Of a stretch of 64,000 bases of DNA, positions 10,047-19,119 are shown one piece after another. Source of the stretch: an uncultured Gammaproteobacteria bacterium. GTDB taxonomy: Bacteria > Patescibacteriota > Patescibacteriia > Magasanikbacterales > GWA2-37-8. Position 1 is the stretch's first letter. Every line of letters starts with the position of its first letter. A model generated the notes under the pieces. That model saw nothing but the letters and a program-made list of their open reading frames with translations, was not told the DNA's origin and searched no databases. The stretch spans positions 524,830 to 588,829 of the forward strand of contig CAZQUL010000001.1 of the NCBI GenBank assembly GCA_964596525.1. Direction: 5' to 3'. The position numbers were made by a program, and so were the translations under genes.

Positions 10047-10613
10047 ATGTCGTGCCCCAAGTTTCTGTTCGTTCCGGCGTTTGAAATCAGGCCTGTTGAT
10101 GAGCTTGAGAATACCCGCACCCTCGCCCGACTACGTACCGCGCTTTTCTTGTGGCGCCAGGGCGACCATGAGCGCATTATCGTCTGCGGTGGTCGCTATC
10201 TCCCTCCCGCGGTGCAGCAAACACCGGCAGCCGAGCTCATGAGGGAATGGCTCATTCTGCAGGGAGTGCCCGAAGACAAGATTCTTGTTGAAGCGCATTC
10301 TACGACCACCCGCGAATCCGTCAGTTTCGCACTCGGGCTCGTGCAGCGCGTCGAGTATTCGTTGCCGGTCTCTTTTACCATCGTGAGCGACCATCCTAAT
10401 GCCGTGTGCGTATGGTTGTCGTTGCGTTTAGGGTATGGCCAGCATGCGAATATCCATGTGGTGGAATACCCGGCGGCTTACGCGATCAGTAGCGAGGAGA
10501 ACGCCGCGGCCTGGCGCAACGCGCTCCGTCATATCATGGATCCCCGTGGTGTTGGTAAGGCAGCCGTTGAGCTCGCCAGGCTCCGCCGGGAGATCGCTGC
10601 CCAATATCCGTAG
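10047..10613 (+). CDS. DUF218 (YdcF/ElyC/SanA-like) domain protein
   Basis: RIIVCGGRYLPP...TPAAELMREWLILQGVPEDKILVEAHSTTTRESVSFA matches the DUF218 consensus (GG...E...M...L...GVP...I..E..S.NTxENA). GAGGAGG lies 5-6 nt upstream of the ATG at 10047. Confidence 0.6.
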   Translation: MSCPKFLFVPAFEIRPVDELENTRTLARLRTALFLWRQGDHERIIVCGGRYLPPAVQQTPAAELMREWLILQGVPEDKILVEAHSTTTRESVSFALGLVQRVEYSLPVSFTIVSDHPNAVCVWLSLRLGYGQHANIHVVEYPAAYAISSEENAAAWRNALRHIMDPRGVGKAAVELARLRREIAAQYP

Positions 10614-10658
10614 ATCGTAGAGTTTAAAGACTTGCCCGCGGGCAAGTCTTTTGTAGCT

Positions 10659-11846
10659 CTATTTTTTTTCAGCTACAGACTGGATGACGGACGTTAGCTC
10701 GGTTGCGGCGGTAATCCAGGAGAATCGTTTTACACGTTCTTGTCCAGCACGAATAAGATGTTCCCGTGTGGAAGGTGAGTACAGAATCGTGTACAGTGCG
10801 TCCGCGAGCGTGCTGGGACGATGCGGGTCGATGTAATACGCTGCCATGCCCGCAACCTCGGGCGCTGATGAGCGGCTGCTGGTTATGATTGGGGTATCGA
10901 CAGCCATGGCTTCGAGGAGTGGAAATCCGAAGCCTTCGTACCAACTGGGGTATAGAAGCGCCTTGGCACACGCGTAGAGAGCTGGACGATCGGTGGATTC
11001 TGCGTAGCCGATGACATGTACGCGTTCGTGGAGTGCCGAGCGTAGTGTTGTTGACAGCCGTTGCATCAATTTTTCGCGTGGTGGAAATCCCGGACCGCTT
11101 AATACCAAGTGTGTTGCCATGCCGTCGTTTGGAACGGCCGCGGCAAACTCGGCAAAACCAGTTACGATTGCGGTGATATTTTTCCGTTCGTCGTAAGCGC
11201 CGACGTAGAGTACGTAATTATCGGGAAGAGCGTAACGAGTTCGAACAGCTGCTTCGTGCGTGCGGCGTTGTTCGGGCAAGAGTTTTTGGAATGCGGCAAA
11301 ATCGTGCGGCAAGCCAGGGTGAATCACGCTTACAGCCTCTGGCCTAATGCCAAACCATTCAATCACGTCATTTCTCGTGTGGTGTGAAGGGGTAATGATA
11401 TGCGTTACTTGTTGGCAGAGCCGTTTAGGATTGATGGCTCTGTGCCAGAGCCGCTGTTTAGGGGTAAGCAGCCAGGGGAAAAGCGCGAAGGAAATATCGT
11501 GGATGGTAAGAATATGTCGTTCGCCTGGCGTGATGGCTGTAAAATTGATGTTGGGTGAAAAAAAGACATCAGCCTTGCCGGTGAGCCTCGTGAGAGACGG
11601 GCGGCCGAACAAGGTGATGGCGGCGTGCAGAAGTTTGTTCGGGTAGCGGGTGGTTATGTCGCGCACGTGCGGCAGCGAGCGGAATTGTTCGAGTGCAGTG
11701 TTTTTTTTAAACGAGTTGTGGAAGAGGATATACTCGTTGGCTTCGTTGTGTGCAAAAAGAGCCCGGAGAAGTTCAGTCGTTAAGGTGCCGATACCGGTTG
11801 GAAAGGGTGTAGCCAGACAGCGCGTGTCAACGACGACGGTGGCCAT
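10659..11846 (-). CDS. Glycosyltransferase family 1 (GT4-type)
   Basis: 395-aa product. The C-terminal GT-B motif LLYPSWYEGFGFPLLEAMAVDTPIITS has the E-x7-E signature. Confidence 0.8.
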   Translation of the reverse strand: MATVVVDTRCLATPFPTGIGTLTTELLRALFAHNEANEYILFHNSFKKNTALEQFRSLPHVRDITTRYPNKLLHAAITLFGRPSLTRLTGKADVFFSPNINFTAITPGERHILTIHDISFALFPWLLTPKQRLWHRAINPKRLCQQVTHIITPSHHTRNDVIEWFGIRPEAVSVIHPGLPHDFAAFQKLLPEQRRTHEAAVRTRYALPDNYVLYVGAYDERKNITAIVTGFAEFAAAVPNDGMATHLVLSGPGFPPREKLMQRLSTTLRSALHERVHVIGYAESTDRPALYACAKALLYPSWYEGFGFPLLEAMAVDTPIITSSRSSAPEVAGMAAYYIDPHRPSTLADALYTILYSPSTREHLIRAGQERVKRFSWITAATELTSVIQSVAEKK

Positions 11847-11850
11847 ATGA

Positions 11851-12975
11851 TTACGCCAACAGTGGCTCGTGCTCCAGATTTTTTCGAAATTCCTGGTAGC
11901 GATCTTCGACGAGCTGCTTTATTGATGTTTTGAAACGGTCGGTGTCGAACTTGACCGCATGTTCGCGGATTTTGGCACTATCCCAGCTCTTGGCATCAAA
12001 ATGCAGTACCGTGTCGAGGAGTGTTTCCCAGGTTTGATCTTTGAATAACACCCCTGTTTCATTGGGGATGACGGTTTCGGCGGCACCGCCTGCTCCGTAA
12101 GCAATAACCGGGCGTCCGCTCGCCATGGCTTCGAGCGGGGTTACGCCGGCATCTTCGAGTTGTGGATGAATGAATGCTTGGGCTTTGCTCAGAAGTTCGG
12201 CCTTTTCTTTGTCGCTTATACGACCCAAAAATTCGATGTTTGGCCGCGCGAGTTTGCGCAGGCGTTCAAATTCTGGTCCGACGCCAAAGATTTTGAGCGG
12301 ATATTTAAGGCGGTTGAAGACATGGATCACTAAATCGAGCCGCTTGTAGGGCACCAGACGACCGCCAGCCACAAAATACGGTTCCACATGATCGCTTACA
12401 AAAAACGTATTGCTTGCGACGGGCGGATAAAGTACAGTGCTGTCGCGGCGGTAGTACTTGGCGATACGACGCTCCACGGTACGCGAATTGGCGATGAAGT
12501 GATCAACGCGCCCGGCGCTCGCGTGATCCCACAAGCGCAACCGGTGCAAGATAGGTTTGAGGAGAAGGGCTTTGGCAATACGGTTGTGAGGGAGCTCGGC
12601 CACGTAATCGTGAGTGTTCGACCACAGGAAACGTGTGGGTGTGTGACAGTAGGAGAGGTGGAGTGTGTGCGGCTGGGTGATAATGCCTTTGGCAAAAGCG
12701 CTCGTTGATGAAATAACCACATCAAAACCGCTCAAATCATAATGTTCGGTCGCGCTCGGCATGAGCGGGAGATACCAGGGGAAATGCGATTTGATGAACG
12801 GGAGTTTGGCCAGCCAGGATTCGTGGATGGTCGCTTGCTTGAAGTAAGGGACCTTTTCGGGGTCGTGGAAGAGCACAAAAATCGGAGCCTGCGGATACAG
12901 CTCGTGCAGGGCCACTAAGACGCGTTCGGCGCCGCCGTCTTGGGCCAGGTAGTCGTGTACGAGGGCGATGTTCAT
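11851..12975 (-). CDS. Glycosyltransferase family 1
   Basis: 374-aa product. FIHPQLEDAGVTPLEAMASGRPVIAYGAGG is a typical GT1 motif. Only a 4-nt gap separates it from the downstream GT1 gene. Confidence 0.8.
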   Translation of the reverse strand: MNIALVHDYLAQDGGAERVLVALHELYPQAPIFVLFHDPEKVPYFKQATIHESWLAKLPFIKSHFPWYLPLMPSATEHYDLSGFDVVISSTSAFAKGIITQPHTLHLSYCHTPTRFLWSNTHDYVAELPHNRIAKALLLKPILHRLRLWDHASAGRVDHFIANSRTVERRIAKYYRRDSTVLYPPVASNTFFVSDHVEPYFVAGGRLVPYKRLDLVIHVFNRLKYPLKIFGVGPEFERLRKLARPNIEFLGRISDKEKAELLSKAQAFIHPQLEDAGVTPLEAMASGRPVIAYGAGGAAETVIPNETGVLFKDQTWETLLDTVLHFDAKSWDSAKIREHAVKFDTDRFKTSIKQLVEDRYQEFRKNLEHEPLLA

Positions 12976-13061
12976 GAGGATCAGCGTGGTAGCTAGTTAG
13001 CTTGTAGCTAGTTAGGAATAATTTTACCTAAAAAGCTACCAGCTAAATAGCTCTTTGCCCG

Positions 13062-14579
13062 TCAAAGTACCCCATCCTTTTTAATTACGGCAAACGGCGT
13101 CTTAAGTATGATAATGAAATCCATGCTCAAACTCCATTGCTCCAAATAGAGCGAGTCGAGCTTGATCTCTTCTTCGAAAGAAAGGCTGCTCCGGCCGGAG
13201 ATCTGCGCCATACCGGTGAGACCGGGTTTTACAACGAGTACGATCTTATGATGGTTGTCGTAGCGGTCTACTTCGCGTGGCTGATGGGGACGGGGGCCGA
13301 CCAGGCTCATGGTCCCTTGGATGACATTGAGAAGCTGTGGTAGCTCGTCGATGCTTGTTGTGCGCAACAAGCGGCCAAGTGGCGTGACGCGGGGATCATC
13401 TTTGATTTTGTAAATCGGACCGCTTTTGATGCTTTGTTTTTTGATAAGCTCCTCTTCTTTTTTAAGGGCAGCGAGGCCGCTCGTGCCAAACTGTTCACCA
13501 GTACAGTCTTTTTGGTACATGGAGCGGAATTTGTACAGCTTGAAGAGTTTGCCTTCTTGTCCGACGCGCGTGTTGTGGTAGAGGATGGGGCGGCCAGTTT
13601 CGATAAGAATGGCGAGCGCGGTAATGAGGTAAATGGGCGAGGAAAGGATGAAAAGTACTGAACCGAGAATGATATCAATGAGTCGTTTGATGATGCCGCC
13701 CCACCCAAAGAGACGGGTGCGTTTTATTTCGACGAGCGGAATGCCGCTTACGGTAGTGATGGAAAAGTTGCTGCTGAGCGTTGAAAACAGATCGGCCGAG
13801 TATTTGAACACTAGATGCTGGTTGTGGGCTGCCTCTACGGCCCGCAAGGCTTCTTCGCTGCCGGTGCCGAAATCAGTGAAAATCACTTCGTCGACCGCGG
13901 TAGGGTCAAATAGCGTGGCCGTTTCCGCGTTGAAGCGGGGAGTGTGGGCCACCACGCGGTAGCCACGACTCGGTTCGTTCTTGAACGTTTGTTTGAGGAC
14001 TTCGGCTGCTCCGGAGTTGCCGATGATGATAACGCGCCGCACGTTTATACCAAGGCGGTAAAGTAGTGTGCGGACAAGGCGTGTAAGGATGTGCCCTGCT
14101 GTAACGAAGATGATGCCGAGTGCCCAACCGACAAGCACGAGGAAACGCGAATCAAAGCGCTGCAGGCTGAAAAAAAGATACATGGTGATGCCTGCAAACC
14201 CTACCGAAGAAGCCAGTACGATGGTAGTGATGTCGCGGGCCAGTTTGCGGTTCGCATCAATACGGTAGAGCCCGCCCAAAGCAAAAAGTATGACCCAGAT
14301 AAGAGCGATCACGAGGACGATGCCCAGGTATTCGTTCCAAGGAAGACGGAAGATGACAGGTCGCACTTCGGTGATGAAAGAAGCGAAGCGCAGATAATAA
14401 GCCGCAATACCGGCTACAACCAGCAATACGTAATCAAGCGGAACATGCCAAGCGGTAAAGGTGGTTTCAAATTTTTTCATAGGGGTAATGGCCTTATTGT
14501 ACGCTCGCTGCCATATGCCGTCAATTGCAGATATTATCTTGACAATAAGCCAAAAATACGCTAAAATCCGGACGATCAT
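13062..14579 (-). CDS. Polyprenyl-phosphate sugar transferase (bacterial sugar transferase family, WbaP/EpsB-like) with an N-terminal multi-TM domain
   Basis: The C-terminal catalytic domain [27 protein letters not shown]...[28 protein letters not shown] is diagnostic of the Bac_transf family. It heads the three-gene glycosylation cluster. The start could be the internal MKKFETTF Met (about 14479). Confidence 0.85.
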   Translation of the reverse strand: MIVRILAYFWLIVKIISAIDGIWQRAYNKAITPMKKFETTFTAWHVPLDYVLLVVAGIAAYYLRFASFITEVRPVIFRLPWNEYLGIVLVIALIWVILFALGGLYRIDANRKLARDITTIVLASSVGFAGITMYLFFSLQRFDSRFLVLVGWALGIIFVTAGHILTRLVRTLLYRLGINVRRVIIIGNSGAAEVLKQTFKNEPSRGYRVVAHTPRFNAETATLFDPTAVDEVIFTDFGTGSEEALRAVEAAHNQHLVFKYSADLFSTLSSNFSITTVSGIPLVEIKRTRLFGWGGIIKRLIDIILGSVLFILSSPIYLITALAILIETGRPILYHNTRVGQEGKLFKLYKFRSMYQKDCTGEQFGTSGLAALKKEEELIKKQSIKSGPIYKIKDDPRVTPLGRLLRTTSIDELPQLLNVIQGTMSLVGPRPHQPREVDRYDNHHKIVLVVKPGLTGMAQISGRSSLSFEEEIKLDSLYLEQWSLSMDFIIILKTPFAVIKKDGVL

Positions 14580-14991
14580 ACGGGGTAGCCGCTCCTGCCC
14601 AAAGCAGGGGAGGAAAGTCCGAACATTCTGGGTGACGAACGAGGTCTTGCAGTTCGCCGCTCAGTCCGCGCTTTCATGCCTCGTGAAAGCGTGGAGGTGC
14701 TGTGGGTAACACCCACCTCGCCGGTCGCAATACCGGCGACGGGACAGTGGCACAGAGACAATACTATCCCGAGCAATCGGGAGAAAGGTGAAACGTGTCG
14801 GGTCCACCCGACTCGCCGGAGCGGTAACGCTTCGGACGGCAAAACCCACCCAATGCAAGAGCAGCGCGCCGGTTCATCCGGCAGCGAAAAGTTCGCTCGC
14901 TTGAGGAGTGCGGTAACGCACTTCCTAGATAAATGGTTACCTCTTCCGCTTCGGCGGAAAAGACAGAATTCGGCTTATACGTATGATCACC
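14573..14991 (+). ncRNA. rnpB: RNase P RNA (bacterial type A-like)
   Basis: Conserved elements read directly: GGAAAGTCCGAACA (the P4 5' strand consensus is GGAAAGTCCGGGCT), gGGTAACACCC, ACAGAGACAATACTATCCCGAGCAA, GGTGAAACG, GGTAACGC, and ACAGAATTCGGCTTATAcgtatg closing a P1 helix with 5' catacg. A strong terminator follows at 14992-15028. Confidence 0.8.
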
Positions 14992-15028
14992 CTACCACCC
15001 TCTTCTAAAAGAGGGTGGTAGTTTTTTA
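14992..15028 (+). terminator. Intrinsic terminator after rnpB
   Basis: ctaccaccctctt ctaa aagagggtggtag has a perfect 13-bp stem followed by ttttttat. Confidence 0.7.
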
Positions 15029-15087
15029 TCCGCTCTCGCCCGGAATCGAAAAATGAAGTATACTACTACCACTTCATTGCACTTCGT

Positions 15088-16023
15088 ATGCCGCCGCAAT
15101 TTCCCGAGCCGCCGAGCCATAGCAAACGACCGGCTGAGTTGAATCGCCGCTATCAGTCGTACGTCGATCCGACCGGTGATTTTGGTGCCAAAGAATTCAC
15201 GTACGGTTTATGGTTCGTAGAGCATAAAGTCGAGTTGTATAAGGCGGCTATTTTTCTTATCGGCCTTTTGGTGGCGCTCACCTGGGTATTTGCACTCGTG
15301 CGGGGCATCGGGCTTATGGTCTACGCGCTTGGCCCTGAGCGCACTCTTTTTCGTGAGATAACTACGTTTGCCGATTATACTGGTGTGGCAACGCGGTTTT
15401 CTGCTGCGCCTCTTCAAGTACTTTCAAGCCAAGTGCTACCGGGCGGCGCGAGCAAGTATGATTTTACCGCCGAAGTGGCCAATCCTAACGATCGTTTTTT
15501 GGCGGCAGTGCGCTACTCCTTTGTCTATGGCGATACCCGCACGCCAGTCCAGACCGCCATTATCCCGCCCGGTGAAACCCGCTTTCTCACACAACTCGGT
15601 GTTGAAGACGATATCGGCGCCGTGCCCTCGACGCTTTCGATTGATGACGTGATGTGGCAGCGTATTGATCCTTACATAGTTCCGAGTACAACGCCGTTTC
15701 GCGCCGAGCGCATGAATTTTTCTTTGTCCGATGTTGAGTTTACGCGGGCCGAAACAACGCCGGGTTTGGCAGCGCATGTCATTCATTTTACTGTTACCAA
15801 TAACTCTCCATTCGGGTTTAAAGACGCGCCGTTCTATGTGGGCCTCTATGCCAATAGTTCGCTCGTTGCCGTCCTGCCCATCGAAATCAAAGATTTCCGT
15901 TCCCTTGAAACCCGCACGCTCGACATTCGGAGTTTCATCCCTAATCTTATCGTTACCGACGCTGTACTCTATCCGCGGATCAATATTTATGATCCGGCAG
16001 TGTATATGGCGCCCGCACAGTAG
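15088..16023 (+). CDS. Hypothetical membrane protein (one TM after a charged N-terminus)
   Basis: 311-aa ORF with the TM segment LYKAAIFLIGLLVALTWVFALV. No recognisable catalytic motif. Confidence 0.45.
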   Translation: MPPQFPEPPSHSKRPAELNRRYQSYVDPTGDFGAKEFTYGLWFVEHKVELYKAAIFLIGLLVALTWVFALVRGIGLMVYALGPERTLFREITTFADYTGVATRFSAAPLQVLSSQVLPGGASKYDFTAEVANPNDRFLAAVRYSFVYGDTRTPVQTAIIPPGETRFLTQLGVEDDIGAVPSTLSIDDVMWQRIDPYIVPSTTPFRAERMNFSLSDVEFTRAETTPGLAAHVIHFTVTNNSPFGFKDAPFYVGLYANSSLVAVLPIEIKDFRSLETRTLDIRSFIPNLIVTDAVLYPRINIYDPAVYMAPAQ

Positions 16024-16110
16024 GATTTTTAGCCACCTTACTGCTTAACCGTTGGAAAAAGACGGTTTTTTTGTTATAACCAGAAAGCGGACTCTAGCTT
16101 TGATTCATCT

Positions 16111-17211
16111 ATGTGGCGTGAACGTTTAAGCAAATTTTCCCCGCGCAGTTTTGACTGGGTCTTGGTTGGCGCAGTGCTTCTTCTTATGGCGCTTGGCCTA
16201 GCGGCAATATACAGCGTTGATTTGTCGCGCGATGTGACGCTTAATTTATTCCGCAAGCAGTTTATCGCCGCGGTGGTCGGCCTGACCGGGCTCGCGGTTG
16301 TAAGCACCTTCCAACCTTCGTGGTTTCGCAGTTCGGCCAAGATGGTGTATGCCGGTGCGGTGCTTGCTCTTGTTGCGGTACTTATTTTTGGCAGCGAGAT
16401 TCGTGGTACCAAAGGCTGGTTTGCGCTACCAGGTTTTTCTTTTCAGCCGGTCGAGTTCGCCAAGGCCGGCGTTATTTTGATACTGGCGGCAATTGCCGGT
16501 AAGTGGGGGCGACGATTCGACCGCATCGTTTTTATTTTTGGCACGGGTTTTTTTATCGCTTTGCCGGCGGGGCTCGTGCTCCTTCAGCCGGATTTGGGCT
16601 CTGCGCTCCTCTTGGTGGCGATATGGTTTGGGATGTTGTGGTTGGCTGGGGTCCGGCTGCGCTATATTGGCGCGATTGTTGCGGTGGGGGCATTGGCGGG
16701 TGTGGCAGCCTGGTTTGTCTATCTTAATCCGTTGCAAAAAGCGCGCCTCACCACGTTTATTGATCCCTATGCCGATCCGACGCGCAACGGTTATAACGTT
16801 ATCCAGTCCATGATCGCGGTTGGTTCGGGCAGTTGGTTTGGTAAAGGCATTGGCCAGGGATCGCAGAGTCAGCTCAGATTTTTGCCCGAAGCGCAAACCG
16901 ACTTTATTTTTTCGGTTATCGCTGAGGAGCTTGGTTTCGTGGGAGCGGTAGCTACATTGGTATTGTTTGGTGTGGTGCTGTGGCGTCTTACGGTCATTAT
17001 GGCGCGGGCGGCGGATGATTTTTCGGCTCTCACGGTCGGAGGCGTAGCGCTTCTGTTTTTCATCCAAGGGTTCGTTAATATCGGTGCGGAAATCGGGATT
17101 TTACCGCTCACAGGTGTAACCGTGCCGTTCGTCAGTTACGGTGGTTCATCGCTTGTCATTAATTTGCTACTTATCGGTGTGGTAGAGTGCATGGTGCCGA
17201 AAAAATATTAA
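16111..17211 (+). CDS. SEDS-family peptidoglycan glycosyltransferase (RodA/FtsW/SpoVE)
   Basis: 366-aa polytopic protein. The ALPGFSFQPVEFAK, QLRFLPEAQTDFIFSVIAEELGF and PFVSYGGSSL blocks are conserved SEDS signatures. Confidence 0.85.
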   Translation: MWRERLSKFSPRSFDWVLVGAVLLLMALGLAAIYSVDLSRDVTLNLFRKQFIAAVVGLTGLAVVSTFQPSWFRSSAKMVYAGAVLALVAVLIFGSEIRGTKGWFALPGFSFQPVEFAKAGVILILAAIAGKWGRRFDRIVFIFGTGFFIALPAGLVLLQPDLGSALLLVAIWFGMLWLAGVRLRYIGAIVAVGALAGVAAWFVYLNPLQKARLTTFIDPYADPTRNGYNVIQSMIAVGSGSWFGKGIGQGSQSQLRFLPEAQTDFIFSVIAEELGFVGAVATLVLFGVVLWRLTVIMARAADDFSALTVGGVALLFFIQGFVNIGAEIGILPLTGVTVPFVSYGGSSLVINLLLIGVVECMVPKKY

Positions 17212-17217
17212 CTAGAA

Positions 17218-17245
17218 AAGCCGAGGCAGATCCTCGGCTTATTGA
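17218..17245. terminator. Bidirectional intrinsic terminator
   Basis: aaaGCCGAGGcagatCCTCGGCttatt sits between convergent genes. Confidence 0.65.
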
Positions 17246-17248
17246 AGG

Positions 17249-17899
17249 TTACCAGAGATAGTGAGCAAAAAAACGGCGAGAACGCTGCCTGAGGGACGGT
17301 GTGACCATGAATCGTTTCACGCGGTAGCGCCGGGCATCGGTCACGCGTCGGTCAACGAGCATGGTCACGTCAGTGGGCGCCTGACCGGCATTGTCGGTGA
17401 GGGTAATCACGAAGTAATGGTTGTGTTCGTCGCTTTTCACGTAGCGCCAGCAGGGTGGGATCCGCTCGAGCATGTTCTGGTGGTGCAAGGAGAGTTGCCC
17501 GACTTCTCCCGGGGTGCTCGAGAGATTGTTGAAGGCGAGGGTATAGCTCGCATTATCGAGATGGGTGAGAATATCACGCACTCTTTGGTTAAGACGTATG
17601 GCCGCGGGCGGCATCACATCATTCGCAATGGTGACGATGTGGCCTTGGGCAATGGTCTCGGTGTCCAGGTCAAACGTCCGGCGTGTGAGGGCGGTCACGA
17701 TCGTGCCGCCAATGAGCGTGACATATCGGTAGAATGTATTGCCGTCGCGAATTTTTTCTGAGCGCCATAGGGCGTTTTTTATTTCTTGCGCACTGAGCGG
17801 GATGGATACGAAACCGCGCTCGCGACTGCGCGCGAGGGCCTGCTCAACATGTTCCTGAAAAGCCCGGTCGAAGTGTTCGCTTATGGTGCCGTTGATCAT
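17249..17899 (-). CDS. Hypothetical protein
   Basis: The ORF is open to 18010, but GGAGGACACAACCC precedes the Met of MINGTISEHF at about 17899, giving a 217-aa product. No recognised domain. Confidence 0.45.
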   Translation of the reverse strand: MINGTISEHFDRAFQEHVEQALARSRERGFVSIPLSAQEIKNALWRSEKIRDGNTFYRYVTLIGGTIVTALTRRTFDLDTETIAQGHIVTIANDVMPPAAIRLNQRVRDILTHLDNASYTLAFNNLSSTPGEVGQLSLHHQNMLERIPPCWRYVKSDEHNHYFVITLTDNAGQAPTDVTMLVDRRVTDARRYRVKRFMVTPSLRQRSRRFFAHYLW

Positions 17900-18041
17900 G
17901 GGTTGTGTCCTCCAAAAGGAAGTACGAAACGTAATGATTATCGACGTGCAGCTCGTTGTCAAGATAGGTGTGCGTATAAAAACAAAGCAGCGCCGGGAAC
18001 CTTGGGCCACAGAGTGGTTAGGTTTCCGGCGCAGGGGCTGG

Positions 18042-18359
18042 CTAGTGCCGCCGCACCTCGAGGACGTCGTAAGCCACGATGTCCTCGTCGCGGAAGCTCA
18101 TGGTGCCCTCGTCGAAGTGGCTGACCTGCACGGTCAGGCTGAGCGCCAGGGTGCGGTGCGGGATGCGGGTGTCGGCGGCTACGCCGGTCACCATCACTCC
18201 GTCGCTCGAGCGGTGCGTCTCGTGCCAGTCGAGTTCGGCAAGGGCCTCGATGACGCCGAGCTGGTGGGGCCAGGTTCCGACCGGGATCGAGGTGAGGCTC
18301 TCACGACGGGCCAGGTTCTGGAGGGCGGTGTTGATGTCGTTTCCGAAGATCTGGGACAT
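18042..18359 (-). CDS. Small hypothetical protein (105 aa), paralog of 18625..18930; high-GC island
   Basis: AAGGAG RBS 6 nt upstream. The ...LTSIPVGTWPHQLGVIEALAELDW... segment aligns with ...LQSMLPNGLDLQLHFFEGLWETPEKTW... of the neighbour. Local GC is about 62-68%. Confidence 0.55.
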   Translation of the reverse strand: MSQIFGNDINTALQNLARRESLTSIPVGTWPHQLGVIEALAELDWHETHRSSDGVMVTGVAADTRIPHRTLALSLTVQVSHFDEGTMSFRDEDIVAYDVLEVRRH

Positions 18360-18485
18360 GTCTGGCTCCTTGCGATCGGTGGCGCTCGTATGAGCAGGAA
18401 AGAACGGCTCAGGTCAGCGAGCCGCGGCGGACGCAACGGACTATATATAGTCCGGTACATTCACCGCATCTCGACGTGACTAAAA

Positions 18486-18514
18486 ACAATATCAAATCTT
18501 TTGATGTTTGTCAA
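18486..18514 (-). promoter_or_regulatory. Sigma70-like promoter (TTGACA - 17 nt - TATTGT) for the 18042..18359 gene; shares a catatcTTGACAAA core with two other sites
   Basis: The minus-strand sequence reads gagcatatcTTGACAaacatcaaaagatttgaTATTGTttttag. Confidence 0.45.
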
Positions 18515-18552
18515 GATATGCTCATTACGTGTGAGGCGGCAGTATTTTTTGG

Positions 18553-18595
18553 CTAAAATAAAAACCACCAGCCCCGCGTATGCGGTAGCTGGTGT
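18553..18595 (-). terminator. Intrinsic terminator after the 18625..18930 gene
   Basis: On the minus strand a CACCAGC/GCTGGTG stem is followed by TTTTTATTTT. Confidence 0.5.
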
Positions 18596-18624
18596 GGTGG
18601 TGGGGCTTGTGGCCCCGACGGCGT

Positions 18625-18930
18625 TTACGAGACGAGCTGCTTGAGCTCCGACTCGCGGCCGATCCAGGCCACGACCGGCTGCGTCCCCGGCGTCTCGGCG
18701 ATGACGAGGAAGTACAAGCCCAGGTCACCGTCCTCAGCCTGGGCCACGGTCAGCTTGGTGCCCTTGAGCACGCCGACCTTCTCAGGCGCGATGCTCCAGG
18801 TCTTCTCCGGGGTCTCCCAGAGACCCTCGAAGAAGTGCAGCTGGAGGTCGAGGCCGTTGGGCAGCATCGACTGCAGGCGGGCCTTGTTGGTGTTGCGGAG
18901 AGCGGCGATGACGAACTCTTCGATTTTCAT
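18625..18930 (-). CDS. Small hypothetical protein (101 aa), paralog of 18042..18359; high-GC island
   Basis: GGGAGGAATC-ATG gives an RBS. GC is about 65-68%. Both genes are flanked by AT-rich promoter/terminator DNA. Confidence 0.55.
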   Translation of the reverse strand: MKIEEFVIAALRNTNKARLQSMLPNGLDLQLHFFEGLWETPEKTWSIAPEKVGVLKGTKLTVAQAEDGDLGLYFLVIAETPGTQPVVAWIGRESELKQLVS

Positions 18931-18979
18931 GATTCCTCCCTGGTTGACGTCCGTGCAGAGTGCACGGTGGGTAGCTCTA

Positions 18980-19008
18980 CACGTACCTTATTTTAGCAAT
19001 TTTGTCAA
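18980..19008 (-). promoter_or_regulatory. Sigma70-like promoter (TTGACA - 17 nt - TACGTG), near-identical to the promoter at 28018..28046
   Basis: The minus strand reads gatccTTGACAaaattgctaaaataaggTACgtg. The copy at 28018-28046 reads atatcTTGACAaaacagctaaaataaggTACatt. Confidence 0.45.
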
Positions 19009-19119
19009 GGATCTAGCTCTATTTTAGGCTTATTTTAACATCAATTCTCAAATCAAAAAGGATTGTGCTCTTAGCTTGCGCGTGATAGCCTTAAGAAACA
19101 CCTATTTCTAAGTCCGTGT

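Noticed and set aside
16426-17067. 213-aa minus-strand ORF inside the SEDS gene
   Set aside because: Antisense to the conserved RodA/FtsW frame. Its Arg/Lys-rich composition is typical of a spurious frame.
17883-18479. 198-aa plus-strand ORF (also 18592..18996 +) across the high-GC islet
   Set aside because: It overlaps, on the opposite strand, the two minus-strand small genes, which have strong SD sequences, their own promoters and a terminator. High GC inflates ORF length on the antisense strand.
18042-18930. Assignment of the paralogous ~100-aa pair to a named family (WXG100, Roadblock/LC7, YbjN, phage tail tube)
   Set aside because: No diagnostic motif (for example W-x-G) or secondary-structure pattern could be confirmed by eye, so they are left as hypothetical paralogs.
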